A stretch of 64,000 bases of DNA, taken from the IMG/VR virus record IMGVR_UViG_3300018890_000002, positions 17,219 to 81,218 of that record; one strand, given 5' to 3'. The notes beneath the pieces were generated by a model, which was not told where the DNA came from, searched no databases, and worked only from the letters and a program-made list of their open reading frames with translations. This stretch comes from a virus. The position numbers and the translations under genes are program-made. Below, one piece after another: positions 29,003 through 38,291 of the stretch. Position 1 is the first letter of the stretch; each line of letters begins with the position of its first letter.

Positions 29003-29031
29003 TTGACGTATTCCCTATCATCTGTTACCCT
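29003..29031 (+). promoter_or_regulatory. Early sigma70 promoter P2 (duplicate of P1)
   Basis: TTGACG-17-TACCCT; shares ATCATCTG with P1. Confidence 0.5.
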
Positions 29032-29429
29032 ATGATCCTTATATAAGTAGCTATCCCCGCTGTAAGCCGTTATCTGGTACGGCTTAGCACTACTATCCAC
29101 ACAGAGGCCTCTAACGTCGCATCCTAGCCACCTTATCTCTATATCCTATGTGTTCTATCTTTAGCTATATGACTAAGCTTAGATAACCTACTAACTCTTA
29201 TGACTTATAGTATGGTTGTAATATATAAGTAGTATACTAGGAGTTAGTCTTAAGACTATTAGGAACTCTAATGGCTTACCCCCTTTACAATACCTCTATT
29301 ATCGTGCGAGTATAGATACATCGAATAAGAGAGACGGGCGAGCCAAGCTTAACCTTTACTCATAACTCGATTCAGAATCTTAACCTCTAGGACATAAGCA
29401 AAACTCATAAGACAAAAGCTTAAAAAGAG

Positions 29430-29458
29430 TTGACATCTTAAGAGCAACCCGCTAGAGT
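29430..29458 (+). promoter_or_regulatory. Early sigma70 promoter P3
   Basis: TTGACA-17-TAGAGT with A-rich UP region. Confidence 0.65.
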
Positions 29459-29464
29459 ATAGAG

Positions 29465-29860
29465 AGTTAAGAAACCACAAGCCCGCTGAGTGCTGGCATT
29501 ACATTATCGGAAAGACTCGGATCTGAGTGATCCCTAAGTCAATCCATCCCCTCGGATCTAGGCTGCTTTTAAAGTTGTCTAGCCCGAAAGGGAAAAACTA
29601 CAGTTACATCTTGCGGTCAAACTTTCTCTTATGAGTTAGCTCGATCGTAATAGGTTGGCCTCACAGGCTGAATAACTTCGAGGCTGTTTTCGAGTCAATC
29701 CTTCGGGATAGTCACTCCAATAGCTAGACATAATTTAATAAATAAGAGTTAACGCTTGAAAGTCTGGCGGTTTGCTCATCTTAGAAATTGGTAACTGAGA
29801 TGAACAAAGCTACTTAAAGATTAGAGAGTATTACTCCAACAGAACCTAGACAACCAAATA
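29465..29860 (+). ncRNA. Putative structured ncRNA or leader, family unknown
   Basis: No ORF; helices GATCTGAG/CTCGGATC, TGTCTAGC/GCTAGACA, CCC-GAAA-GGG, ATCC-TTCG-GGAT, TTTGCTCATCTTAG/CTGAGATGAACAAA. Confidence 0.55.
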
Positions 29861-29864
29861 GTTT

Positions 29865-30129
29865 TACCTGCAATGGTAGCTTGACAAGCAATCTCGCTTT
29901 ATACCATTATCTGCGGTAAGTAAGTTTTAACTCTAATTTCTATGGGTTACTAACTACTGAGACAAAGATAATCAAATGATACAAGTACAGTATAAAGCAC
30001 TAAAACATCTATCCCTATTTTCAACTAGCAATTGATTAGGGAGTGCGATAGATGGAGATTAAGCGAAGTAATAGGCGATCGAAAGTACAAAAGTATAGAC
30101 GATCTATGGTTCGATTCCCCTAGCAGGTA
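29865..30129 (+). ncRNA. Large tRNA-like RNA (acceptor stem and T-arm enclosing a multibranched insert of about 230 nt)
   Basis: TACCTGC/GCAGGTA, T-loop TTCGATT, internal helices AATCTC/GAGATT, GCTTTATAC/GTATAAAGC, ATTATCT/AGATAAT, CATCTATC/GATAGATG, GATCG/CGATC. Confidence 0.65.
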
Positions 30130-30165
30130 TTACCGGTAAACTATCCCCGGTGACAAGTGAGAAAA

Positions 30166-30561
30166 ATGACTACTCAAAAAGAACAAATCGATCTATCTCG
30201 TTTTTTTCCCTCTCAATGGTTGCAAGATGATTACACACTTAAAGCAAGCGAGACAGACCCGGAGGAAGAAGTTAAAATTCAGAAAGTCGAGATAGTGGAA
30301 ACACTCCCCACAGTACGCAACACTGTCAAAGGGCGACTACCTGAGTATTTAAAGCTCCTTTTCATCCTTTCCTCTATGAGCTATAAGACAGAGGATAACA
30401 AAGCTAGTTATCGAATCCTTATCTGTAACAAATCACCCAACACCTCAACCGCTTATGATTCTTTTTACTTAGTTCTAGACACTAAGAACAACTACCGAGG
30501 TTTTGCAGACAGTGAGTTAAAAGCTTGTGAGTTAGCTGAACTGATTATCAAGAAACCTTAA
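30166..30561 (+). CDS. First early gene, hypothetical
   Basis: ORF after the leader; ATG 30166. Confidence 0.65.
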   Translation: MTTQKEQIDLSRFFPSQWLQDDYTLKASETDPEEEVKIQKVEIVETLPTVRNTVKGRLPEYLKLLFILSSMSYKTEDNKASYRILICNKSPNTSTAYDSFYLVLDTKNNYRGFADSELKACELAELIIKKP

Positions 30562-30574
30562 CTCTAATCTAATC

Positions 30575-30605
30575 ACTGCTGTATAGTTCGTTGCTATGCA
30601 GTGGT
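30575..30605 (+). ncRNA. 12-bp minihelix with 7-nt T-like loop
   Basis: ACTGCTGTATAG-TTCGTTG-CTATGCAGTGGT. Confidence 0.5.
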
Positions 30606-30663
30606 ATTTCTCCCCTATACCGTTAAAACTGGGGAGATGTTAACCAAACACAAAGGATCTAAA

Positions 30664-31110
30664 ATGTCTAACACTATCCCAGTAATTGATTCTACATCTA
30701 ATCTCTGCCAGCATCAATTCGAGAATCGCTACTCTATCTACTGTCATGATCCCTTTGAAAACCAACCTATCAGCAATGAATTAATCGAGCAATTAGCTAC
30801 TCAGTTAAGTGCAATTAGCCCTGTAATAGTTACTACCAAAATGGCTAGCGGTAGAATTGGTAAGTTTTTAACGGCGGATAGTTTCGATGTCTTACAGAAC
30901 CAAGTCAATCAGAAGGAGGAGAATAAAGACTTTTTAGCAGAAGGGTTTAGGGGTTACTTACTAGACATCACTCACTCAGCGTTTTATAAAGGTTATCCCA
31001 AACTATTCTGGATTAATTTTGATATTGACAGAGTAGACTTAGAACTTTTTGAATATGGCGAAATAGGTTATTATCAACTGATTAACAGGTTTGCAGTTCC
31101 TAGAATTTAA
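30664..31110 (+). CDS. Hypothetical early protein
   Basis: Start moved to ATG 30664 after AAAGGA. Confidence 0.65.
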   Translation: MSNTIPVIDSTSNLCQHQFENRYSIYCHDPFENQPISNELIEQLATQLSAISPVIVTTKMASGRIGKFLTADSFDVLQNQVNQKEENKDFLAEGFRGYLLDITHSAFYKGYPKLFWINFDIDRVDLELFEYGEIGYYQLINRFAVPRI

Positions 31111-31211
31111 CCCTTCACTACTCCTATAGTCTGTCGTTAGCTATAGGGGCATTGATACCTAACACCGATAAAACTAGGTATTTTATCCACCAATACTTAG
31201 GAAGAAAGACA

Positions 31212-31571
31212 ATGACTGATATAGAAAAGTTAGAAGCAATTCTTGAGATGAGAGGGAGAACGCTGCCGACAATTCAAAGAGTAGGGGAAGTAGTTAAAAG
31301 TGAAAGATGTAAAATGTGGCATCATCTAGCAATTGTTAACATTACATCATACGGTATAGGTTATATTCTAACAGTTGACAAAACCCATCCGACTCTTAAG
31401 TATCACTACATCGCTGTTACTGCGGATTATGAACCAATAGGGATCTACAAATATATAGAAGATGCTCAACATTTTCTAGTAGGGGATCTAAAATACGCAG
31501 CAGTTCTCGGAGGTAAAAGTCAGGAAGCCAAACCTAGACCTTATGATGCTGTGTTAGGTGGCAAGAGATAG
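31212..31571 (+). CDS. Hypothetical early protein
   Basis: Start moved to ATG 31212; duplicated AVLGGK C-terminus. Confidence 0.65.
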   Translation: MTDIEKLEAILEMRGRTLPTIQRVGEVVKSERCKMWHHLAIVNITSYGIGYILTVDKTHPTLKYHYIAVTADYEPIGIYKYIEDAQHFLVGDLKYAAVLGGKSQEAKPRPYDAVLGGKR

Positions 31572-31578
31572 TTAATTT

Positions 31579-31641
31579 TCTCAGACTCAATGGTGAGAGA
31601 TAGTGCAATCATTATCTACTAGGTTCGATCCCTAGCTGAGA
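31579..31641 (+). ncRNA. tRNA-like element
   Basis: TCTCAG/CTGAGA, CTCA-ATGG-TGAG, AGATAGTG-CAAT-CATTATCT, CTAGG-TTCGATC-CCTAG. Confidence 0.7.
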
Positions 31642-31683
31642 TCTTCCCTATATGGGAGTTCACTTAAGACAAAGGAGAATATC

Positions 31684-31980
31684 ATGTCTACTGCAATCAA
31701 CAAACAAGTCAAGCAAATAATGTCTAATTTCCCTTACTACTTGGGAGAATATTTGATAGTAAAGGAGACTAAGATTACTACACATTTAGGTAGTGAATTT
31801 GCAATCTATCGAATAGAAATAATAGTGGGGGATGTTGTAAGATATTTAGATTTAATCACTACTGTCTTTCAATGTTTTAAAGGGGTTGGCGGTTTCTATG
31901 GAGATATCCGCTCAAGTCATCGGATAGCAGAGATAATGTGTGACTCATTAGCCGTTCTAGATTACCTTGAAGAGAGATAA
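31684..31980 (+). CDS. Hypothetical early protein
   Basis: AAAGGAG RBS. Confidence 0.7.
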   Translation: MSTAINKQVKQIMSNFPYYLGEYLIVKETKITTHLGSEFAIYRIEIIVGDVVRYLDLITTVFQCFKGVGGFYGDIRSSHRIAEIMCDSLAVLDYLEER

Positions 31981-31989
31981 ACATTCATC

Positions 31990-32044
31990 AATCTACAGCC
32001 AATAGGTGGCTACTAAGTAATTAGGTTCGATCCCTAAGTAGATT
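31990..32044 (+). ncRNA. tRNA-like element (no anticodon arm)
   Basis: AATCTAC/GTAGATT, AGCCA-ATAGG-TGGCT, TTAGG-TTCGATC-CCTAA. Confidence 0.7.
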
Positions 32045-32084
32045 ATTCCCAATATGAGTTATTGGGGTTTATTAGGAGGATCAA

Positions 32085-35000
32085 ATGTTTAAAAAGTCTG
32101 AGCTAAAAACTATTGCTAACTGTCAGCAAGCTCTCAGAAGTTTAATTGATGTCGAGTTCTTTTGCTACGATGTCAAGACTATTTCTTTCTATTTCGGTAC
32201 AACAAAGATCATCCTTAACAATGCTGACTCTAAAGCAATTGTGGATAAGGGGCCGAAGTTAGCCGATCTACAATTAGCCTGCATGAACTTCTCAGCAACT
32301 TATAATTATAATGTTGTCTGCAAAGTGAACAATGAAGGATTGCTAGAAAGCACTACTGCTATTTATCAGTGGGATTCTACTACTGAGAGGATGGTATTAC
32401 TCCCTCTTGATGAAAATTTCCAAGCATTTGAATGTCCTCCACTTCCTGATGATGAGACAGTAGCAAATCTTGTCGATCGTCCGATTGTTCCGTTTGATTC
32501 AGAGACTAACACAGAAGTTAAGACCGAAAAAATTGAAGTAAAACCACAATCTGAGAAAGTCAAAATCGAGAAAACTCAAGCGAGCGAACCTATTACGCCA
32601 GAACTTGTAGAGGATATTACACCGATCAAGCTTCCCTCAGAAATTGGTGTTTATATCGTTCTTTCTGATAAAGAGAATCAATCAGTCAAGAAGCGTCTCC
32701 CCATCTCATTAGAATCAATCAGACCGCATTTAATGGCTTGGTTGTCTGGTACGGATCAACATTATCAAGGGCAGTTAGCAAAGTTTAAAGAAGCAATCAA
32801 GAGTAGCAAACATAATGCACTAACTCTCTACCTCTACCGTCCTTATACGTGGCAGGTGATGGACGTAGCAGGAGATAAACAACTGAGAAAAGTTGAGGTA
32901 ACATCTGCTAAAACTCCTGAGATTAGAACCCAAAAGAAAGGAAGTATTACGCAAAACTCAAGGGATGCGATCCCGGAGTTGGGGTCAATGTACACTATCT
33001 CACCCGTTAAAATTTTGGAGTCTGGTAACATCTACTTAGCTCAGACTTACATAGAGTTAAGTGTGGATAATGATTACCTGCTACGATCCCGTAAGATAGC
33101 GATCTTTGAAAATGGCACTCTGAAATATCATTCAGAATTGATTGAAACTGAAAGGGATAAGCATGATATTCACCCGTTAGTTGAGGCGGATGGTAAAAGG
33201 ATATTTCCGCAGATGTCTATTGCTCATATTGAGTTACAAACGTTAGAACCTAACCCTAATAACCCGGAGTATTATCTCAACGTCAAAAAACCCCACTACG
33301 AACCTGTAATAGGTGGCAAGCTAGTATTAAAATCTAGTATCACTCCCGATACAGATATGAGTCAATTTGTGAAGGTAGGGAATGATTATTTAGAATATAA
33401 TACCTATCTCAACACTCCAATAAAATTTGAGGGATTCAAACACCCTAATATCTCACCTAAAGCACCAAAAAAACATGAGATAACTCAGAGGCAGAACGTA
33501 AAACCCGTCAAGATTCACAATGAGAAAGTAGTCAGCGGACAGATAGAATTTACTGATGTAGTCTCTACCGTGCCAATGTTACTCAGACTTACTCCTTCTC
33601 AAACAGGGTATGCTCTAGTTGGTTTACCTCTCAAATTACCTGATGACTTTACCTACGATCTAGCGCGATATATTGCATCTAATTTAGGACAAAACTCGAT
33701 TGGTTATCTTAACTCCGAGATACAACGGGTTAAAAGCTCCCCTAGCTTGATGATCGGTAGGTTTGACAAATATCAGCTATTATCAGCATTGGAAAAATTA
33801 GCAAAAGGAGTGTTAGCAGAGGAAAAACTAGACCCCAAAGGAGTGTTAGAGAGTAAAAATAAGCTCAAAGCATATATGGGCAAGCAGGATTTCTACTCAT
33901 CATCAGTTGACCCTTACTTCTCTTTCTACCCTTTAGCTAGTGTCAAGATAGTGCAAGAGACAGAAAGCCTAAAGTATAGCTACCGTCTGACTAATTTCGG
34001 AGACAGTCGAGGGTTAATCAAGAATAATCTCTCATCAGTACAGACCTGGATTCAACGGATCAGTTACAATCTCAAGAATTACTTTGGAGTCAAAAAACCT
34101 GACTTTAACGAGGTAAAAAACTACCTGAAGGATAACTTTAAATTCAAAAACTGTAATCTAAAGGTCTACTATTCTACTGGGATCTTTTTTGAAGTCTGGC
34201 ATCTAGATCAAATGGTAGCTAAGCAATTAATTAGCATAATTGATCCGGCTAATACAGAGAAAGTCTGGAACATCTCAGTTGTTAATATCGCCAGAAATAT
34301 CCAGTTTGGTGATAATCGGATCTTTGAAAAAGTCTTAAAGTGTAACAACTTAATAGACTCTGATCTAATACAGTTCGCCAAGTCTCAACTCTCAAAAGTA
34401 GTAGACAAATTTATCACTGCTAACGAGAAAAAATTAGTAGGTGAGGGAAAAATAAAGCAGACTACAGCAGTTAAGGAAGTAGTAGGATTTGATAAGACTA
34501 GCCACGGGTTTAGTAACATTAAGTCTACCTTCTTAAGGTTTATTACTCCTTTCTCTATTGAATCAGAAGTAGATAAAGGTAAGCTATTCAACCTTAGAAC
34601 GGGTAAGATATTAGACCGTCATTCTGCTAATGACCTATTCGAGACAATGGTTAAGAATTGGAAACAATGGGGTAGAGATAAAGATTCTACAATTCATTTA
34701 GGAGGATATGAGTTTAAAAAACCTAATCCTGGTAAGTTGATGCTTGAGATACATCACAAGGTATCGGATAATCCTGAGTTAGACAAAATTATCTGGCCCG
34801 AAGTGATCGAGATATGGTGGCAACTGACAAACGAGCCAATAGGCTTTAGAACATCATCGGGAGTAGTCTTAACACCTTGGTCTATTCACTCTAATAGAGT
34901 TGATATCTGGGAGTATAGGATCAAAATGCAAAAGATCGACATTTTACGGGATCAGAAAACTAATGAAAGTAAACCCGATAGAATCAAGTCACATTTACAG

Positions 35001-35138
35001 TTGTCTATAGAGAGATTGACTGAGATACTGGATAAAACTTATCCCATCTGGTATCAACAAATATCAGAGGATGTAAGGAAACATTTAGACGCTTTAGAGG
35101 AAGCTTTAGAACTAGCTAAAGAGTCAGATAACGTCTAA
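32085..35138 (+). CDS. Large hypothetical early protein (1017 aa)
   Basis: AGGAGG RBS, long ORF, no motif recognised. Confidence 0.8.
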   Translation: MFKKSELKTIANCQQALRSLIDVEFFCYDVKTISFYFGTTKIILNNADSKAIVDKGPKLADLQLACMNFSATYNYNVVCKVNNEGLLESTTAIYQWDSTTERMVLLPLDENFQAFECPPLPDDETVANLVDRPIVPFDSETNTEVKTEKIEVKPQSEKVKIEKTQASEPITPELVEDITPIKLPSEIGVYIVLSDKENQSVKKRLPISLESIRPHLMAWLSGTDQHYQGQLAKFKEAIKSSKHNALTLYLYRPYTWQVMDVAGDKQLRKVEVTSAKTPEIRTQKKGSITQNSRDAIPELGSMYTISPVKILESGNIYLAQTYIELSVDNDYLLRSRKIAIFENGTLKYHSELIETERDKHDIHPLVEADGKRIFPQMSIAHIELQTLEPNPNNPEYYLNVKKPHYEPVIGGKLVLKSSITPDTDMSQFVKVGNDYLEYNTYLNTPIKFEGFKHPNISPKAPKKHEITQRQNVKPVKIHNEKVVSGQIEFTDVVSTVPMLLRLTPSQTGYALVGLPLKLPDDFTYDLARYIASNLGQNSIGYLNSEIQRVKSSPSLMIGRFDKYQLLSALEKLAKGVLAEEKLDPKGVLESKNKLKAYMGKQDFYSSSVDPYFSFYPLASVKIVQETESLKYSYRLTNFGDSRGLIKNNLSSVQTWIQRISYNLKNYFGVKKPDFNEVKNYLKDNFKFKNCNLKVYYSTGIFFEVWHLDQMVAKQLISIIDPANTEKVWNISVVNIARNIQFGDNRIFEKVLKCNNLIDSDLIQFAKSQLSKVVDKFITANEKKLVGEGKIKQTTAVKEVVGFDKTSHGFSNIKSTFLRFITPFSIESEVDKGKLFNLRTGKILDRHSANDLFETMVKNWKQWGRDKDSTIHLGGYEFKKPNPGKLMLEIHHKVSDNPELDKIIWPEVIEIWWQLTNEPIGFRTSSGVVLTPWSIHSNRVDIWEYRIKMQKIDILRDQKTNESKPDRIKSHLQLSIERLTEILDKTYPIWYQQISEDVRKHLDALEEALELAKESDNV

Positions 35139-35269
35139 CCAAGCTAGCTAGGGTATATCTGGTAAATTATCCTAGCTTTAGCTACTAACTTAGATAACGT
35201 GCATAATCTGCATACCCAACTATCTATTATTAGTAGTGAACTGTAAACACTCAACATAGGACAGAAACA

Positions 35270-36163
35270 ATGCTTAACATTAACGACGCGATCGCTTCTT
35301 TTGGTAACATGACTCTAGCAACCGTGGCAGAAGAGTCAATGATTCTCGAATACAAGCAAGCAGTTGAACGGAAAAATAAGTTAGGACAAGTTACATCTTA
35401 CGCGGTTAAAGGTGATGCAACACTTGAGTCAATCTCGATTAATTGGTGTCAAGATAACGACGGTTCACAGTGTCTTCATCTTAAGAAAAAAACTGAATTG
35501 CTCGCTTCTTTCAATCTCCGATCTAATGGCACGATTGAATGGCTTCCTAATACTACATTCAACGTTCGATCGACATTAATTGCAAAACCAATTGATCCAG
35601 AACAAGACACAATAGTTTCTTTTTCGCTTTATAACTTCTTTGATCAGTGGATTAAGTCTAAGCCTTTCTCTGTTGGTCTTAATCAACTAGCACAGGAGAT
35701 GATCTACCCTCCTGCTGTTGTTAAGCTTCTATTGCTGTTTATTTCTTACATGACAGAGCGCACCCGCCAAGCTGAATTAACAGGTAAACTCTCTCAAGAA
35801 GCTAACCTGACAATTGACATGGATCGAGTATCTGTGATGTATCACGATCTGTTACGTCGCCTAGTTGGTGATAAAAAGCGGATGCAAAGGTTATATGCAG
35901 GTGCAAGTGACTTCATCGCTCTGCCAGCTAACAGGGATGAGATTTTAGCTTTAGTAGCAGAAGAAGTCGATCAACCCGAACCAATAGCAGAAGAAAAAAC
36001 CATCGATCCTGACAACACAGAAGACGATCAGGATATTATGTCTCTACCTTCAGAACCCCCCGACGATAAGAAATTTGAAGCAGATTTTAAGGAATTAGTA
36101 GAAAGTTCTGAACCGATCGAGGTAACAGTTAACCCTGATACTGAGGAAACACAACCAGAATAG
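35270..36163 (+). CDS. Hypothetical protein with acidic C-terminal tail
   Basis: Long ORF with D/E/P-rich tail; contains the only perfect GCGATCGC (HIP1) noticed, at 35288. Confidence 0.75.
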   Translation: MLNINDAIASFGNMTLATVAEESMILEYKQAVERKNKLGQVTSYAVKGDATLESISINWCQDNDGSQCLHLKKKTELLASFNLRSNGTIEWLPNTTFNVRSTLIAKPIDPEQDTIVSFSLYNFFDQWIKSKPFSVGLNQLAQEMIYPPAVVKLLLLFISYMTERTRQAELTGKLSQEANLTIDMDRVSVMYHDLLRRLVGDKKRMQRLYAGASDFIALPANRDEILALVAEEVDQPEPIAEEKTIDPDNTEDDQDIMSLPSEPPDDKKFEADFKELVESSEPIEVTVNPDTEETQPE

Positions 36164-36186
36164 TCTAACCCTCAAATAGTCAATCT

Positions 36187-36221
36187 AGCCTCTATCCTTT
36201 AATTAGGGTAGGGGCTTTTTT
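36187..36221 (+). terminator. Intrinsic terminator ending the first early block
   Basis: AGCCTCTATCCT/AGGGTAGGGGCT followed by a T-tract. Confidence 0.8.
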
Positions 36222-36248
36222 GTGTCTTTCAATAGTTGATTTTCTTTT

Positions 36249-36941
36249 TTAGATATTACAAGAGATAACTTTTAGCTTTGTTATAGTGCGTCCATCAATT
36301 TTTTTATTGTGATCTTTTATCGTGTACCAATAAGCTAGATCACTTGCTTTTGCAACTTTTTTAATATTTAATATCCTGTAAATTTCTTGTAATTTTTTCT
36401 TAATTACTGACTTATCAAGTAATTGTTCTGGCTCTAAATTAAGCATATTCATAATTTCGCTACCTAAGTTAATTAAACCTTCATCTATTCCTATTTGATT
36501 TTTAATAAGTTTTTCAGAAAACTGCAAAGCTCTCATTTTATCAAAACCTAATTTTTCATGAGCTTCCTTAATTAAAGGATGTATTTTAGAGATAGAAATT
36601 CTATTTTCTGGATTATTTACATACTCTGCACAACATTTTTTAAAACTACTATTAATTTTGACATCGTTGACTTTATTTTTATTATTTGTAATGGTTACAT
36701 CTGCCTTTAATACTTTTTCTTTTTTAGGTAAATCTATTTGGATTGTAGGTTTAATATCTCTAAAAACACGGTCTTTATTATAAATAGGTTTATGAAGATT
36801 TATACAGTAAAGTTCAATAATATCTCTATCTACTTCATTTTTAATAATCATATATTCAACATAGTAAATGTACTCTTTCCATTCTTGTGCTTCCGATAAA
36901 TGCTGATAGAGACGATTTTTTAGGTTGTAGGTTTTTCCTAT
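36249..36941 (-). pseudogene. 5'-truncated GIY-YIG nuclease fused to the helicase-family C-terminal domain
   Basis: In frame upstream of the ORF start: IGKTYNLKNRLYQH...ELYCINLHKPIYNK, with the GIY half missing; C-terminus LQEIYRILNIKKVAKASDL matches both helicases. Confidence 0.6.
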
Positions 36942-37036
36942 ATTAGGTTTTTCTATCTTTTTTAAATTTTTACCTACTAGAATTTTGGGGAGGATACTAA
37001 CCTATGTCAGAAAACACAAACTAATAGGGGAGAGTT

Positions 37037-37324
37037 ATGGAAACTATAACTGCTGAAATAGTTAATTTTCGTAGAGGTAATGAAAAACAAGGAGTTAGAC
37101 TTTGTGTAAGATTAGATATCAGGGGAGAAAAAGTCTACCACTACACTAATCTTTTAACTCGTAATGAAGAAAACTTCTGGATTGATTGGACAGAAAATAA
37201 CTTTCATAATCAACCAAAACTTAAGGTTAAACCCGGTGATAAGGTTTCTTTTGTTGGTGAGATTGAGGATAATCGTTCAAGCTGGGGAGGATACAAAATA
37301 TTAAAAGGAGAAGTTATTAAGTAG
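37037..37324 (+). CDS. Hypothetical protein (OB-fold-like)
   Basis: VKPGDKVSFVGEIE; GGAG RBS. Confidence 0.6.
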   Translation: METITAEIVNFRRGNEKQGVRLCVRLDIRGEKVYHYTNLLTRNEENFWIDWTENNFHNQPKLKVKPGDKVSFVGEIEDNRSSWGGYKILKGEVIK

Positions 37325-37675
37325 ATTGTATTCTTCGTCAACCTTATAATTTTCTCGTCAATATTGTAACTTCTCTCGATTTTTTTGTAAATTTTGAGAG
37401 AGGATTTTTTGCTGCTAATCGCATCTTTTTGTGATTTTGCCCACCTTAGATTTTTTTGGAGAATTCCCTTGCCTAGAATATTTTTCGATAATGCTGAAGA
37501 TGCAGAGAAAGTATCCGAAAATATTGAGGAACCAGTAGAAGACAACCTTTCTATCAATGTAGATGCTGAAGAGTTAAATTTAGCATTGAAGCAAGTAAAA
37601 ATTTCCCCAACAGCTTATTCAATTGCTGAAGTTACAGAACCATTACCACAATAACCCTAGAACCAGGAAAAAATT

Positions 37676-37882
37676 ATGACTACTTGGCAAAATGTATCTG
37701 ATGAAGTTTTTCTTCAAGCTCATATCAATCATGTAATCCGAGTTTGGGGTCATTGTCCTGATATTCCAGAAGATAAAGTTTCCTTAGTAATAGAAAGAGC
37801 TAAGAGACATTATGAGATGTTCCCAGACCAAGTAGAAGCTTTAGAAAAGGAGATTGCTAAGTTAATAATGGAAACTAAGTAA
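37676..37882 (+). CDS. Hypothetical protein
   Basis: AGGA RBS. Confidence 0.6.
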   Translation: MTTWQNVSDEVFLQAHINHVIRVWGHCPDIPEDKVSLVIERAKRHYEMFPDQVEALEKEIAKLIMETK

Positions 37883-38149
37883 TTTTCTATCGCTCAAATT
37901 GGAGCTTTGAAGATACAGCGAAAAAAGCACCTTACTGCATCTACCAACAATTATGGTACGGAGAATTTCCCTACGGAACTTGGTCTTGAGCGATTCGTAA
38001 ATGTTTAGTAACTCAAGAAGTCAAAATATCAATGATTTGTACTGACATTAATCCATGAGGTTTAAGTGATTCTGATTATTGGGTAGAAAAGTGTAAGAGT
38101 TACGTTCCTGAGAGTATATCTGCTGATTTAGTAGCTACTAATATTTTCC

Positions 38150-38225
38150 ACACTCTAAAACTAGCTAACTCTTAGAGGAAATATTTAACTTCTGAGAGTT
38201 ACTAGGTGCAATCCCTAGAGAGTGT
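38150..38225 (+). ncRNA. tRNA-like element (UGCAA T-loop)
   Basis: ACACTCT/AGAGTGT, TAGC linker, long central hairpin, CTAGG-TGCAATC-CCTAG. Confidence 0.7.
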
Positions 38226-38291
38226 TTAGTCTAGGATACTTCCTTTACTTACAAGTAAGGTTTTCAACTACCCCTATGACTTCTTACGAAC

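Noticed and set aside
29865-30129. tmRNA or RNase P RNA call
   Set aside because: No G3-U70 pair, GGGG 5' end, CCA or recognisable tag ORF; no GAGGAAAGUCC RNase P signature
28700-30150. CRISPR array in the long non-coding region
   Set aside because: No regularly spaced direct repeats seen here or elsewhere in the window
35288-35295. HIP1 site as proof of a cyanobacterial host
   Set aside because: Only one perfect copy noticed, which is not enrichment; host assignment remains an inference
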